Assembly (NCBI RefSeq): GCF_006345805.1
Contig: NW_021832829.1
Location: 496,001 to 560,000, forward strand
Origin: Octopus sinensis
Lineage: Eukaryota
Length of the DNA stretch: 64,000 nt
Direction of reading: 5' to 3'
Made by a program: the position numbers and the translations under genes. The notes beneath the pieces were generated by a model. The model saw only the letters and a list, made by a program, of their open reading frames with translations, had not been told where the DNA came from and searched no databases. Positions 1 through 15,408 of the stretch are shown one piece after another. How positions within the stretch are numbered: the stretch's first letter is position 1; each line of letters starts with the position of its first letter.

Positions 1-378
1 TCTCTCTTAGACATCGTTCTCAGAAACTCTCCCGAACGGAAATTGTCTGAAGATTACTCGGCTCCTGGGCACGCTTCGAGGTTGGCCGAGGATCCCAAAA
101 TTCTCAAGAACGGCCACCTCTTGAATTTTCTCCTTTTCACCCCAATCGCTTTGGAGTCTTTGAGGATCTTCGGCCTCAAGACGCTCCGCTTTCTTTGCTC
201 CCTCGGCCGACGGATTTCAAGAGTAAGACACGATTCCAGAGAGTCATCCTGGCTCTTGGAACGTCTGTTGATCGCCGTGATTCACTATTCGCGAAACTGG
301 CCGAGCGCTTCGTGAGATCATTAGTTAAATTATCTCAAATTTTTGTGAATAATTGATTTATAAAATCATTCAAATATT

Positions 379-678
379 ATGCGAAAATATATGGAGAAGT
401 TATCCGTTGAAGGCCCGACAAGAACGTACATTCAGGGACTTGTCATGAAGAAGACATTGGAGGCAATTGTGGTGGAACATAGGCATGGAATCCATACGTC
501 TCAAGAGGAATTCATTACGGCAACCAGTCAGTTGGCTGAAGTGGCAAATCAATCTTGCGAGGACCCTTCGGATGAAGCAAACGGGAAAATCTTGTGTTCG
601 GAGAATGAAAGTGCTGATGGTGCGTTGGTGGAAAGCTCTCCCAAGAGGAGAAAAATTCCAGGAGACGAGGATCATTGA
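379..678 (+). CDS. Small intronless orphan ORF (99 aa, acidic, C-terminal NLS-like SPKRRK)
   Basis: Open frame with higher GC than its flanks; no family recognised. Confidence 0.35.
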   Translation: MRKYMEKLSVEGPTRTYIQGLVMKKTLEAIVVEHRHGIHTSQEEFITATSQLAEVANQSCEDPSDEANGKILCSENESADGALVESSPKRRKIPGDEDH

Positions 679-764
679 GCTAACGTGATTATGAAGACAT
701 TTTCCAACAAAACTTAGAATAACTTTTGAATTAATTGATTTATGCGAAAATATGATTAGAATAA

Positions 765-1321
765 ATGCTACTTTCTTTGTTGTTGTGGGATGCCCATTTA
801 TCGAATTCATTAGCCCAATTAGCTGAAGATTTCCTGCCACGAAAATTTGTTTATTTATTTTGTTGGATTCCAGGAATAATATTTAACGGGTTCACTTGGG
901 TATTTATTTCTCTACTTATTTTATTTACAAAAAGTAGAATTCTTGCTTTTAAAATTCTATTCGGTATATCTCCTCCCAAACAAACCAAATAGTGCTGATA
1001 TTCGATGTCTGCAATGTATCTGTATTGAAATCATTATTCAAACGAGTGAGACCTACTTCCCCGTCAGTAATTGATATTTTTGTCGACTGCTATTCTTTTC
1101 CTTCTGGGCATTCCACAAGGATTTCATTGTTTTCTTTTATTTCTCTATATTATTTTGGAGGACAATTAGGTTGGGGATTGTTGGCATTTGAACTGTGTGT
1201 TTTTTCTATTTGTTTAACGAGAGTCATTGCTCGGAGACACTTTTTGCTGGACGTTTTCGCTGGATATATCTTCGGAATTGTAGAATTCTACATTCTTTTT
1301 TACATTTTTATTAATAAATAA
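765..1321 (+). CDS. PAP2-family membrane phosphatase (PLPP6/7-like); exons 765-963 and 993-1321
   Basis: Motifs KSLFKRVRP, FPSGH, TRVIARRHFLLD; a 29-nt GT-AG intron at 964-992 joins the two ORFs in frame (528 nt). Confidence 0.85.
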
Positions 1322-1428
1322 TGGTATTTGTTAGTCTTTAACCTCTCGGTATTATTTTCGAGTCTCCAAGAGCCTTCGGTAGAAAGAAAGTCATCTGGGC
1401 GTCGAAACACGAAATATCATGCTCATTA

Positions 1429-2140
<712 letters not shown>

Positions 2141-2337
2141 GAATAACTCGTATACCGAGAAATTAATGATTTAATTAAAAACAGGATCAAATTATATATC
2201 AATTCCGCATAAGACATTAACCTGGCTTTCTTGTTCCATTAATATCCCCTAAACGTATCTTAAAGAAACTAAAACTAAACTACATCATAATTTAACAAAA
2301 AGTAAAATTTGATCAAACAAAAAGAAAATTAAACAGT

Positions 2338-4525
<2,188 letters not shown>

Positions 4526-4734
4526 TTACTTAATCACAACAAGGATTGTTAAGAAGGCGCGCTATTTATTTAAATCGTTATTTTTATTATAAAGTCAGAA
4601 ATTTTAATTATCGTTCAATTTAATAAGCATCAAATATTTTCTAAATATCTAAAACCAGATAAAGGTGTTAATTTTAGAAAGAAAGAAAGAAAAAAGTAAG
4701 CAATTGGGTGGCTAAGGGAATTGTCGAGAGCCTG

Positions 4735-6985
4735 AGGGTCAGCTCAACGATGCCGCGCTGCGTATTGAGTGGCAGTTTCCGCGGAGCACAGCAACCGAGA
4801 TTCGCTGGAACAGCCAGCTCGTCTCCCTCCGGTCGTTTGTTTTTGTGTAGATTTTTCTACCAATGGCGGTGAGGAGTTGAGTCGCAGCCTTTCCGACGAT
4901 TCCAGAGGTTTCGAAGGCGAGGGGGGCAAACTCAAAAGCGTCCGAAATACACCGGTATTTCGTCATCTTTGTCTCTTCAGCCAGCGCACTGGCGGAACCC
5001 GGGTTTGCGACAGTCCTGGGAAGCATTGTCGTCGAAAAAGAGTCGACACACGTGGCATCCCAAACCAGGGACTTGCCTTCCCTAAAAGGAAAGGTCGTCA
5101 TCCCGTCGGGACGCTTGCCGTCGCTCCGGGAAAGGCCGACTGGCTCTAGGGTGGAAGGGAAACCAGCCGACTCTAGAGCCCTCCTCACAACGTCATTCAG
5201 ATGAGTGTGACGGGGAATTCTCCCGGCACTCTTCTTACACGACAAGGCGTGCAAGCCGTTTGACGAAATTGAGGACCCGCACCGGCAAGGGTGGGGCTGG
5301 CAGATGTCCAAACCCAATCGTAAGCTGATCCCAATCCGCAAGGATTCGTCGTCCAGTAGTAACCCCGTACTAGGAGTGGGGAGAGCTTTGAGCCAGTCAC
5401 CCGTGTGCGGCTGACAGGCGCAGTTAAGGGTGGCCAGCTGGAGTTGGTCCGACTTGGAGCGGAGTTTTCGTAATGTGTTCAAGCAGAGAATTTCGTCCCA
5501 GCCCCTTTGAACTGAAGGGATCGTGGGAAAATCAAGGTCGAGTGAGCACCACATACGGCATGCAGATGAGAATTCCGAGAGCTCATTAAGTTCGAGAGAG
5601 GGTAGTAGAACTGAGCAAACGGAATTCCTGGAAGCCGACATGGATGAGAGATAGCAGGGTAGGGCCAGGTCCGCACAAGAGCGGATCCCGATCCCCCCGA
5701 AGCGAGTTGGTAAACTGGCACGGGTAAAACCGTCACCAGTGAACCTCAAATTGAGGTGGAATGTTAGCGATTGGTGGACAAGATTATCGATTCTGGATAA
5801 TGAGTCTGTGGCAGCGAAACACGGGGAGGAACGGAGAATATAGGTCAGTCTGGGGACGAAAAGAAAGTTCTTCAACAAGAAAAACGCAAGATGCGAGCCA
5901 AGCCCACGGATCCGATCAGTGAGTAGTTTAATTTCGTCCCATTTAGACGATAAGGCATTTTCTATGCCAACAGCGGAAATTGGAGAGCCCAAGATAACTA
6001 GATCGCTGGTGGGCGTTAGCCTTAACCCAACGATCAGGCTGCTGAGAGAGGAGAATGTGTTGCGGAGAGCGGCGGGGGCAAGAGAAATGTTTACGAGTTC
6101 GCATTTTTCGCCGTTAAGAGATAGTCCGATCTTGGAGAAACCGGAAGTGATTCTCTTAACGTCTTCCATAACGACCTCTGTAGGTCCACCAATCGTCACG
6201 TCGTCCAGGTACCAGAAGTTAACAGTGGAAGAAAGGTTCCGTGCAATGTGGTCAACAGAGAGGGCAAACAGCAATGGGCCCAGTGGGTCACCCTGCTGAA
6301 TGCCGCATTCTGACATGATGATCTGATCATAGATCAGAAGGCAGCTTGTATGCCAGCTTTACAATTGGGAAGAGAACGGGGCAACGTGCCGAGACCACTT
6401 CGAGCAGATGGTCCCGGCGGACTCAGTTGAATGCGTTGCTGACGTCCAGCTTCACGATGAACTTGCAGTCTTCTGGCTTTGACTGGACAAGTTGGCGAGT
6501 GCCGTGCGCGAGAATTTCGCAGGCACCTTGGACGCCGACACCGTACTGGAAAGGGAGAAACTCCAGACTCGGAGGGGGGAACCACCCTGCGGGACATTAT
6601 CTTGGCCGAGAGTCTCCTGAAAACGTTACCGACCGCAATGGGCCTCACGCCACCATCGGCTTTCGACAGGGCAATGAGGCCAGCAGAGAAAAGAAGATCT
6701 CTGGCGACGGTTGGAATCTCGCCCGAGACAATGTGCGAACAAAGACGAGTGACAGAAGATAGCAGGTCTTTTCCGGATTCGTGGGTCAATGGGCTCAGGA
6801 GATCGCGTAGGTGGATGGCCTTTACACCGTCTATCCCGCCGCTGCTACTGGGCGCAAAAGACCCGAGAGCGGCCGAAACCTCAGACGAGGTTATCGGGTT
6901 GGACGGAGCCGAAACTAACGTCGGTGTTGCACGGAGGTCGGTGGGAGCTTGGGGGTGTTTGCGAGTACTGGCATCCGATTCCAAA
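4735..6985 (-). mobile_element. CRE-like non-LTR retrotransposon (RT + restriction-like endonuclease), 5'-truncated
   Basis: 525-aa ORF with QQGDPLGPLLF, WYLDD, LPTRFGGIGIR, CRCG..HALSC..RH, RPDG..WDATC; upstream RT part (GGVRPIAVGNVFRRL) is frameshifted. Confidence 0.9.
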
Positions 6986-7199
6986 TATCTAAAATATATT
7001 TAAAGTTCTAATAATTTGGTCAAAGTAGTGAAGAATATTAAAAGCAAGAAAACTCACACAACTTAAAACAGGTGTAAGTAATTTCCCCTCTCTTGTTTAT
7101 GGAAAATGTTGAGACTTTTAAAAAATTTGGAAAAACCAATAAGAATGAATAGATCATACTCAAATCAAACCTCAACAGACTAATGAAACACTATTGCTA

Positions 7200-8050
7200 A
7201 ATCAGTCACATTCCACACAAAAATCAAAATCGCACCGATATCAAAGATTAAAACAAAAAGACAAACTCCTGCTTTCCATATACATCCTAATGAACTCTCC
7301 GACGTGATCATACGACTAAAAAATAAAAATTCATGCGAACCTGACAAAATCCCCACTATTCTAATGAAACTTTTTTTACTGTGGCCATTATACCGCTGAC
7401 AATAATATAAAACTATTCTATCAACTAAAATACCATTCCAATAACATGGAAAATGTCACAGATCCACTTAATTCTGAATCCCGGAAAGCCTAAGGACAAT
7501 CCTGCCTCACATAGACCCATCTCTTTATTATGCGTCCCATCCAGAATTCTGGAGAAACAAATAATAAAACTGATCCAATCATCTCTCCCACTTTTACCGT
7601 TTCGACATGGTTTTAAGAAAGGACTACGTACATCCTCATAACAGAAAAAACTTTAACTTTATCCACGATGGCATTAAAACCAAGCCTATCCAGAAAAAAA
7701 CTCTTAGGTCAGTAGACATACCAAATGCGTTTGATTCAGTCCCCAGAAAGGAACTTTATCCGCAAGATTTTTACTTCAGATATTCAACCAAACCTCAAAA
7801 TATAGCTAGCAAACTTTTTTAGTGGACGTTGAGGCCTTTGGCTGAACAAACTCTGTTTCTAAACTGTTACCAAATGGTTTCCCTCAAGGTTCATCACTAT
7901 CTCAATTCTTTTCAATCTTTATATGAGCGACATTCCAATTCTTACTCACCAGGATGACATCTCACTCTCTTAGCTGATAATATCATCATAGGAAATCTAC
8001 TCACAGCAATCCAAAGACTTCAGGGAAATATTATAAACAGTCCAGAAGTC
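7200..8050 (+). mobile_element. Degenerate APE-type LINE reverse transcriptase (I/Ingi/Jockey-like)
   Basis: KPGKPKDNPASHRPISLLCVPSRILEK, HGFKK, DIPNAFDSV, GFPQGS; many stops and frameshifts. Confidence 0.75.
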
Positions 8051-8069
8051 CAGAGGACATAACATCCAT

Positions 8070-9535
8070 CTCATTTCAACTTCGTTGAAATTTAAGGCTA
8101 ACATATCGGCCTGCATGTCTTGTCCCTCGGATTTCCCTAGTTGGTTAGGTGTCCCAGGGAAGGCCTAAACGAAGAGTCAGAAACACCAGCCCCACGTCCT
8201 ACAAAACGACGAGACTATTGACCGCGACGCTATACGCCTACGTGAACATGTAAACGCCCAACTATTTGAAGGTAATGTCGCTGGCGCTGTGCGAGTACTG
8301 GCATCCGATTCCAAAACCCTCGAAATAACCTCCGAACTCCTTACAGAACTCAAAGCGTAGGACCTCAATTCATTGGTTGACCAACGCCCCCTCATCACCC
8401 GTTCCGATCTTCCAATCTTGCTTGCCTCATAAAAGGAAGTACTTGATGCAATCAATTTTTTTCCAACCGGTAGCTGTGGCGGTATAGACGGTCTCCGACC
8501 CGGACACGTAAAGACATGTTCTCTCCACAAACCTTTGAAGCTGCTCATCGCCTCCTATTTTCTCTAACGGCTCTTACGAACCGTATTTTGAACGGAGAGA
8601 TCTCCGAGTATGCCCGTGACTTATTTTTTGCCGCCAATCTCACCGCCTTCAGAAAAAAAAGAAAGCGGTGTTCGTCCCATCGCTGTGGATTGGCTCTTCC
8701 GCCGACTGACGTCAAAAGTATCATGAAGACAAGCCATTAAGTTGCTGGGACCCGAATTACGCCCAATACAACTCGGCGTAAGGGGTTGGGGAGGCTGCGA
8801 AGCAGCAGTCCACGCCACAAGAAAACTTGTTCTTTCTTTACTAGATCATCAAGACAAGCCCTGTCTTCTTATCAAGATAGACTTGGCTAATGCTTTTAAA
8901 TTTGTACGTCGTGACACTTTCTTCGAATTTGTTACCCCTCGCTGCCCAGCAATCTCCCGCCTCATCGCCTTGGCCTACAACCAGCCCAGCCTCTTCATTG
9001 CCGGCAATCAGACAGACAACCCCGTCCAGCAATGGAGTACAGCAAGGTGACCCTCTGGACCCTCTCCTTTTCCTCTTGGCTGTTGATAACGTCTCATCCT
9101 ATTTTAACGTCTGATATTTGGACGACGCCACCCTAAGTGACTCATTTAAATCTGTCCTTGACAATTTGAGAATCCTAATTCCCTCCTTCCACACCATCGG
9201 TCTCGGAGTAAATTTCAACAAATTTGAAATCATGAGTATCAGTTACGACCCACACCATTTTCCCGATATTCTCCGTTCCTTTAACTCGCTTCTATTCAAC
9301 ACTCAAGTCACCACGCCGTCGAATTTCAGGATTTTATGCTCCCTTATATTTAACACGGGAGTAGACCAAACCCTGTCCGAAAAAATTTCCGACCTCATGC
9401 CCATTTATAGTAAACTCACGGCAACCAATTTCCACGCCGCCCTATTTCAATTGAAAAACTGCTTCGCAATCCCTAAGTTACTATTAACCCTAAGAAGTAC
9501 TCCTTGCTTCGTAAATCACGTGGGCCTTTTACCTT
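8070..9535 (+). mobile_element. Degenerate CRE-like retrotransposon
   Basis: GSCGGIDGLRPGHVKD, QLGVRGWGGCEAAVHATR, KIDLANAF, GVQQGDPLDPLLF, LKNCFAIPKL. Confidence 0.85.
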
Positions 9536-9704
9536 CATATATGCCGTGGAGGACGGACAAAAAATATCTTCTATCAACAGACGTTAGAATAGGGTTACAT
9601 CAAACCAGGTCGTTCAATATATCTACATTAACTTATAGTTTTTTTATGAAACAGGCCCTCCGCAGGAGCTAGGTCACGGTCCTCGAAGCGAGCTGCCGAG
9701 CTCG
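9534..9704 (+). mobile_element. Helitron 3' end fragment
   Basis: Close match to 57727-57899 (helicase C-terminal codons, then ggccctccgcaggagctaggtc...gaagcgagctgccgagctcg). Confidence 0.75.
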
Positions 9705-9762
9705 TTGTACAATAAAAATATATTATTAAAAATATTAGACGACAAAAATATAATTATTTTTC

Positions 9763-10499
9763 TCAAAATTTCATTTTATTTGCGGTAAATCTCTTCTCAT
9801 ACTCGGGGTATCCCTTCACACGACGAAAGCCATCCTCAGAGAGAGGATTATCGCCAATAAGAATAGTATGCACAGATGACTTCTCCAACATGTCCACCGA
9901 AAATGACTTGTTTGTTAGTCTATTGGACTCCAACCGAAGAATCTTGACTTTGCATTTCTCGGAGACTCCCCATCCAATCTCGCTAATTAAATTATGATCC
10001 GCCTTCACCTCCAATGCCTGAACACAACTCAAATCCCCAATCTTTAATTTTTGTGGTAAAAATCAACCTTTTTAACCACATTTCTAGAAATGTCAAGAAA
10101 TTCGAGAGACTCAACTTCGTTTAAGACTTGAGGAATGTCTTCGAACTGATTGTTGGAGAGATCCACAGAAATTAATTGTTTTAACCCCGTAAACGTGGAT
10201 GGAAGTTGACAAATTCGATTTTGTCTCAGAGATAAGTATGTAAGACAAGTCAAAGATCCGATTTCTTGAGGAAGATCCGTCAAAGCGCAGTTATTTAGGT
10301 GGAGAATTGTCAATTTCTTCAGAGAACTGATTTGGGTTGGAATTGAATAAAGTTTGTTGTCTGAAAGGTCAAGGTTTCGTATATAATTTTCCTTGTTTTC
10401 GATTAAGTTAGTGGGGAAGCGTTTTAAATTTGTTTTTGATAGATTTAGTTGACCACTAAGAGTTACATTGGGGACGCTTTTGTTGGAAGTGTTTCCCAT
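9763..10499 (-). CDS. LRRC57: Leucine-rich repeat protein 57; exons 10499-10068 and 10041-9763 (236 aa)
   Basis: MGN start, LRRs, C-terminus LRLESNRL...GYPEYEKRFTANKMKF typical of LRRC57; 26-nt intron at 10042-10067. Confidence 0.88.
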
Positions 10500-10836
10500 T
10501 AATCTAAAATTTGTTTTAGATTCTTTGTTATTGATTATGCCTTTGCAATATTTCTCCCACCAGGAAGTCATCGATAGAAATTCTATTCAATTATTTTTTA
10601 ATAATTAAAAATAATGAGATTAGATAAAACCAAAGCTTTGAAAAAGATACATATGTAAACAAAAAAAATTAAAAAAGAATTAAAGTAAATTACTTAAATT
10701 TCCAAGAAAAGAGAGAAAATAGAACACCTTAGTTTAATAATATTAATTGTTTTTAGAACTGTAATTAATCTAATTATGTGGCTAACCTTAATAACAAATA
10801 TAAATACATTCAATAAAGAGTAATACGTGTCTGCAC

Positions 10837-13430
10837 ATGCGGTCACTCTTTTTTGTGTCGTCAAGTCTCTTCTTCATTATTCTCGTCTTCGGTGAATAAA
10901 CTTAATAAATATTTAAATTTATTCAGAAGTAGGATTAGGCAGACAGGAAGAATCCAAGTCGATCGAGAGACCAATCCCTCCTCCATCTACTGGAACAATG
11001 AGCGAACCAAGGTTTGATTTCTTCAGGTAATAGTCAAAGTACTAATTACGATCTTGGAAGTCTTGCTGACCTGAGCAAGTCAGGCCAGTCGATGCAGTTT
11101 GATGCCCACGTGGAACGAATAATGTATTTGATTATCAATTCACTATATCGCAACAAAGAGGCAAATTTGTGGAAATTAGACATTTAGGTCTTCTTCAGAG
11201 AACTAATCTCTAATGCTTCTGATGCCCTGGACAAGATCAGATTTCTCTCTTTGAAAGAACCACAAGTGCTTGAGGGAAACACTGAAATGGCAATTTACAT
11301 CAAAGTTTTCCCCGCTATAATAATAAAATAGGCCGATCCCGAGGCTGGAACTTTGGAAATAAGAGACACAGGAATTGGGATGACTAAGGAAGACCTCATA
11401 AAACATTTGGGAACCATTGCCGACTCTGGAACTTCAGAGTTTTTCAAAAAATTTGAAAATTCTGACACTGAGGGCCAAAATGACTTAATTGGAAAATTTG
11501 GGGTCGGATTTTACTCTTCTTTCCTCGTTTCTGAGAAAGTGGCGGTCATCTCGAAACACAACGACGACCAACAGTACATTTGGACATCTGACGCCTCCTC
11601 ATACACCGTGGTCCCCGATCCGAGTGGGAATACTTTGGGACGAGGAACTAAAATTATTCTATTCCTCCGTGAGGAAAGTCGTGAGTTCCTTGAAGTCTTC
11701 AAATTGGATTCGATGTGTAGAAAGTTCTCTCAATTCTTGTCTTTTCCGATATATTTACGCGACAAAAAAAACGTGTACGATTCGGATGAGTCTGAAAACA
11801 AGGAACCGAGGACCGAAGAATATTGGAAACATGTCAACACGGTAAAACCTCTTTGGCAAAGAAAGTTTGTCCCCCACAAATTATTTAAGTCCGAGTGAAG
11901 TAGAGGAGAGTGAATACAACGAATTCTACCAGCATTTGACAAAAGATAGCAGCCCTGTCATGTTCTACAGTCACTTTAAGGCAGAGGGGGATGTCAGCTT
12001 TTCGGCAATGATCTTTGTCCCTTCCAAGCTTGTGCTTGAAAACTTGCCAAAGAACAATGTTAGAGTTTGTACATTTGGTGGTTGATCTTAAGTTATATGT
12101 TCGCCGTGTTTTTATTTCAGACATTTTCAATGATAATGAGTTTATGCCTTCATATTTGCGTTTTCTTGTCATTTTGATCGATTCTGACGATCTCCCACTC
12201 AACGTCTCTCGTGATCAATTGCAGGAGAGCAACTTGCTCAAAATAATCCGAAAGAAAATAATCAGAAAATTTATTGAAACTGTTTCCAAACTCCCAGAAG
12301 AAAAAAGACAGGAGTTTTGGAAGGAATATGGAATTCAGTAGCTTTTGTTGTTTTTTATTTCAGAATTAAAATGGGAATTAATGAAGACACTGGAAACAGA
12401 AATCGGCTTGCAAAAATAACTCATTTCTACTCTTCAATCTCGAACGAGACGATGACAACCCTGGATGACTATGTGGACAGAATGGATCCGAAACAACCCG
12501 CAATTTACTACATTGGCGGAGATTCCCTCCAAACTGTCCAAAAGTCCCCATTCGTGGAACGACTTATGCGGAGGAATTATGAGATACTATATTTGTTGGA
12601 TCCCGTGGATGAATATGCAGTGGGGCATCTGACGGAACACAAGGGAAAAAGATTCCAGAATATTGCTAAAGGAGATATTGAGATATCTGAGTCGGATCAA
12701 GTCGCCGAGCGCAGAGCACAGTTGGAAGTCGAGTATAAGGAATTTGGAGACAGAATTAAGTCAATTCTTAACGTCTTGATTTCCAAAGTGAAATTGTCAC
12801 ACCGATTGGTCAATACGTCGTGTGTGGTTGTGGCCGACACAGACGGACTGACTGGAAATATGGAGAGGATAATGACGGCACAGACCGCTCACAGGGCTCA
12901 GGATCCAACTGCCAGGTGAGAGACAAGGATTGAGGATTGGTAGATATTATATGCAAATGAAAAAGATTTTGGAAATAAATCCATATAGCTCACTTGTCAA
13001 GAAGTTGAAGAGTGACTTTGATGTACTTGGTGTTGATAATTTGTAGGTTCATGGTGGTAATGATACCGAGTGGGTGGACACTCTAAAGTTTTTTTATCAG
13101 ATCTGCATGATGAGGTCTCAATATACCCCGCGTGATTCGATTGGATTTGCTAATCGTGCCGAAAAACATTTGAAAAATAGTTTGCAAGTGAATGATGACG
13201 ATTTTTCCAATGAAGTAGTTTTTAAGTATTTTAGTGTTTTTTAGTTGTTTTTAATTGATGACGATATCGAAAATTCAGTAGATGTTACATCGGAGGGGGA
13301 TACGTCTAATAAGATTTTTGAACCATCAATGGCTGACAGCTTGCCTCAACCAGAGGACGCTGACATCACTGCTGATCCTGTTACTGAGGTTTTCTGTATT
13401 AATCTGATTTAGGCTAATCAGGAATTATAA
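10837..13430 (+). CDS. HSP90B1: Endoplasmin / GRP94 (ER HSP90), multi-exon
   Basis: Signal peptide [18 protein letters not shown]; [11 protein letters not shown]|[18 protein letters not shown]; DTGIGMT; [12 protein letters not shown]; ends ANQEL*; introns of about 24-35 nt including GC-AG at 11161-11187. Confidence 0.95.
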
Positions 13431-13578
13431 CGTTTAGTTATTTAATTCTTTGTTCGGGTGTTTTTTTCTTTGCCTTTTACCTATAATGTGTTAATTCGTT
13501 TTAAGAGAAATTAGTTATTAAGGATGCTGATATTATTTTGTTCTATATTTTTAGGACTGTATTTTCCCGGTTATTTTA

Positions 13579-14796
13579 TGTCACCGTCCAGATAGGTCGG
13601 GGCGCCAGATCGGTTATGTATAAAATTTTTAATAAAAACTACCTTTCGGAAGTTATTTTCTTTTTCTGGTCATTCTTTTGTTGATTTTAATATTATTTTT
13701 GCAAAAATATTGAAGTTACTGAGTTCATAAAAAACCAACATCCAGTCATTTCCAGATAATTACCGTATTGATTTTGCATTTTATTTAAAAACGCTTTAAC
13801 CAAGGTTAGCCAAACAATTTTCAACAATAAAGTTTATTAGAAAAATCCATTTTTAATTTTTAAAAATGTTGTAAATTTCTATTTTTATCATTAAAACTCT
13901 AAAATACAATCCGGCCTACGGCCGGATGATTCAATGTGAATATTTTTCCCTATGCGGCCTTCGGCCGCGTCGAATTTGTAACAATGGCACAATTATTTCA
14001 CAATTAAGTAAATATGGCACGAGAAAAAACACAGAACGAACCCCATGAATATTTGCAGTTAAAGTTTTTTTACTCTGCTAATATGTATCCTTTGATCTTT
14101 TTCATCCTCTTCATTAATTATCGTTACGAGTTCTCGATCCCTATTTTTCACAATATATTTTTGTGCAGATATCTCGTCGTATAATGGGTATTTTCTATAA
14201 CCCGGGTTTGCATCCCCATCATGGCGTATTAAAATTTCATCGCCACTTTAAACTTCATCATATTTCCATTTTCTCCGCCTTTTCATTTTTTCTTCCGATT
14301 TTACAATATTTTCAAGGGCTTTTTTCTTTTTTTTCACGACCTCAGAATTTGTTAGTTTTTTATTTGGTTTCTCCAAATCAGTTCCGAACAAGAGATCAAA
14401 AGGCCTTTGTTTTGTAGTTTCTTAAGTTCTGTGTCTTCGATACAAAAAAAACGCAACTTTGAGCCATTTTTAGAAATGTAGGTGTTGTTCTCCTTGAAAC
14501 TAAATTTTTTGGCATATCTCCGTATTCATGCCCTTTCTTCCGAACTCAAGGAATCATCAGGGTGGCCTGATTCCAAATACTCCCTAATTTTTTCGAGGGT
14601 GTCTCGAGTTAATTCAACTAAAACCATTGATTAATGCTAATCTTTTCAACTTTTTAGAACTTTTTTATTAATAAGATTTTATTTTTTTATTATCAATATT
14701 TTTTTGCAATGAAATGTTTTGTAGGAAAAATATTTGTTTTGTATTTAGATAATTGACCTGACCGATCTGGCGCCCCGGCCGGTCTGGACGGTGACA
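13579..14796 (-). mobile_element. Non-autonomous Ginger-like (integrase-type) DNA transposon with internal deletion
   Basis: 36-bp TIRs starting TGTCACCGTCC (33/36 identical), 5-bp TSD TTTTA on both sides; remnant ORF 14627-14059 with integrase-like N-terminus joined to PFDLLFG...GDEILIRHD...RIHISRVKKL*. Confidence 0.75.
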
Positions 14797-14862
14797 TTTT
14801 ATGTTTACTAATATTTTATTAATTAAACGATGTTGTTATAGTTGAAATAATTTTTCCAAAAT

Positions 14863-15408
14863 TTGTTTTTTTTTAAAAACAAAAATAATTTAACTGAATG
14901 CGATCGAAACAAAAAATTATGCGATCTAAATAATCAAGCTTCTACACAAGATAAATCATCTAAACTAATTCCCGAATTCCAATCAATTTATCAAACATTT
15001 GATTATGAAGATATTAACAACTTTTTGCAACATTTATTAAATATAGGAAAAGATTTGATTCTCCTATTCCAAGATATTTTTAAATTAGAAATTCCATCTT
15101 GGATGATTAATCCTTTTTTGTCGAAGCCAGAAGAAGAAAAAGGAAATATTCAAGAGGAATTAATTACTTTAAAATTCAATCCAGACTTAAAACTATACTA
15201 TGAAAATTCAAAAACGTCAGTTATTTTTTGGCAAAATATCAAAGTGAAAGAGACTTATCCAAAATTGTGCAACGAAAAGCACGATTGCTACTCTATTTTC
15301 CGACATCATACTGTGTTGTATATAAAATTTTTAAGGGGGTCGATTAAATATTAGGGGGGTCAAAAAAATCAGGGGGTTGACAAGTAAAAAAAAGGTTGAG
15401 AACCCCTG
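14863..15408 (+). mobile_element. hAT Buster transposase C-terminus plus right terminus
   Basis: EIPSWMINPF...EELITLK...FWQ...YPKL; ends ggttgagaacccctg followed by atttaaag (NNNTANNN target). Confidence 0.8.

Noticed and set aside
1-315. ORF 43-315 and possible minus-strand exon
   Set aside because: Composition looks coding, but no frame gave a recognisable or consistently spliced product.
4744-7003. Long plus-strand ORFs (4769-5149, 5919-6299, 6346-6762, 6479-7003) as antisense genes
   Set aside because: They are shadow frames of a GC-rich retrotransposon ORF, with no recognisable motifs.
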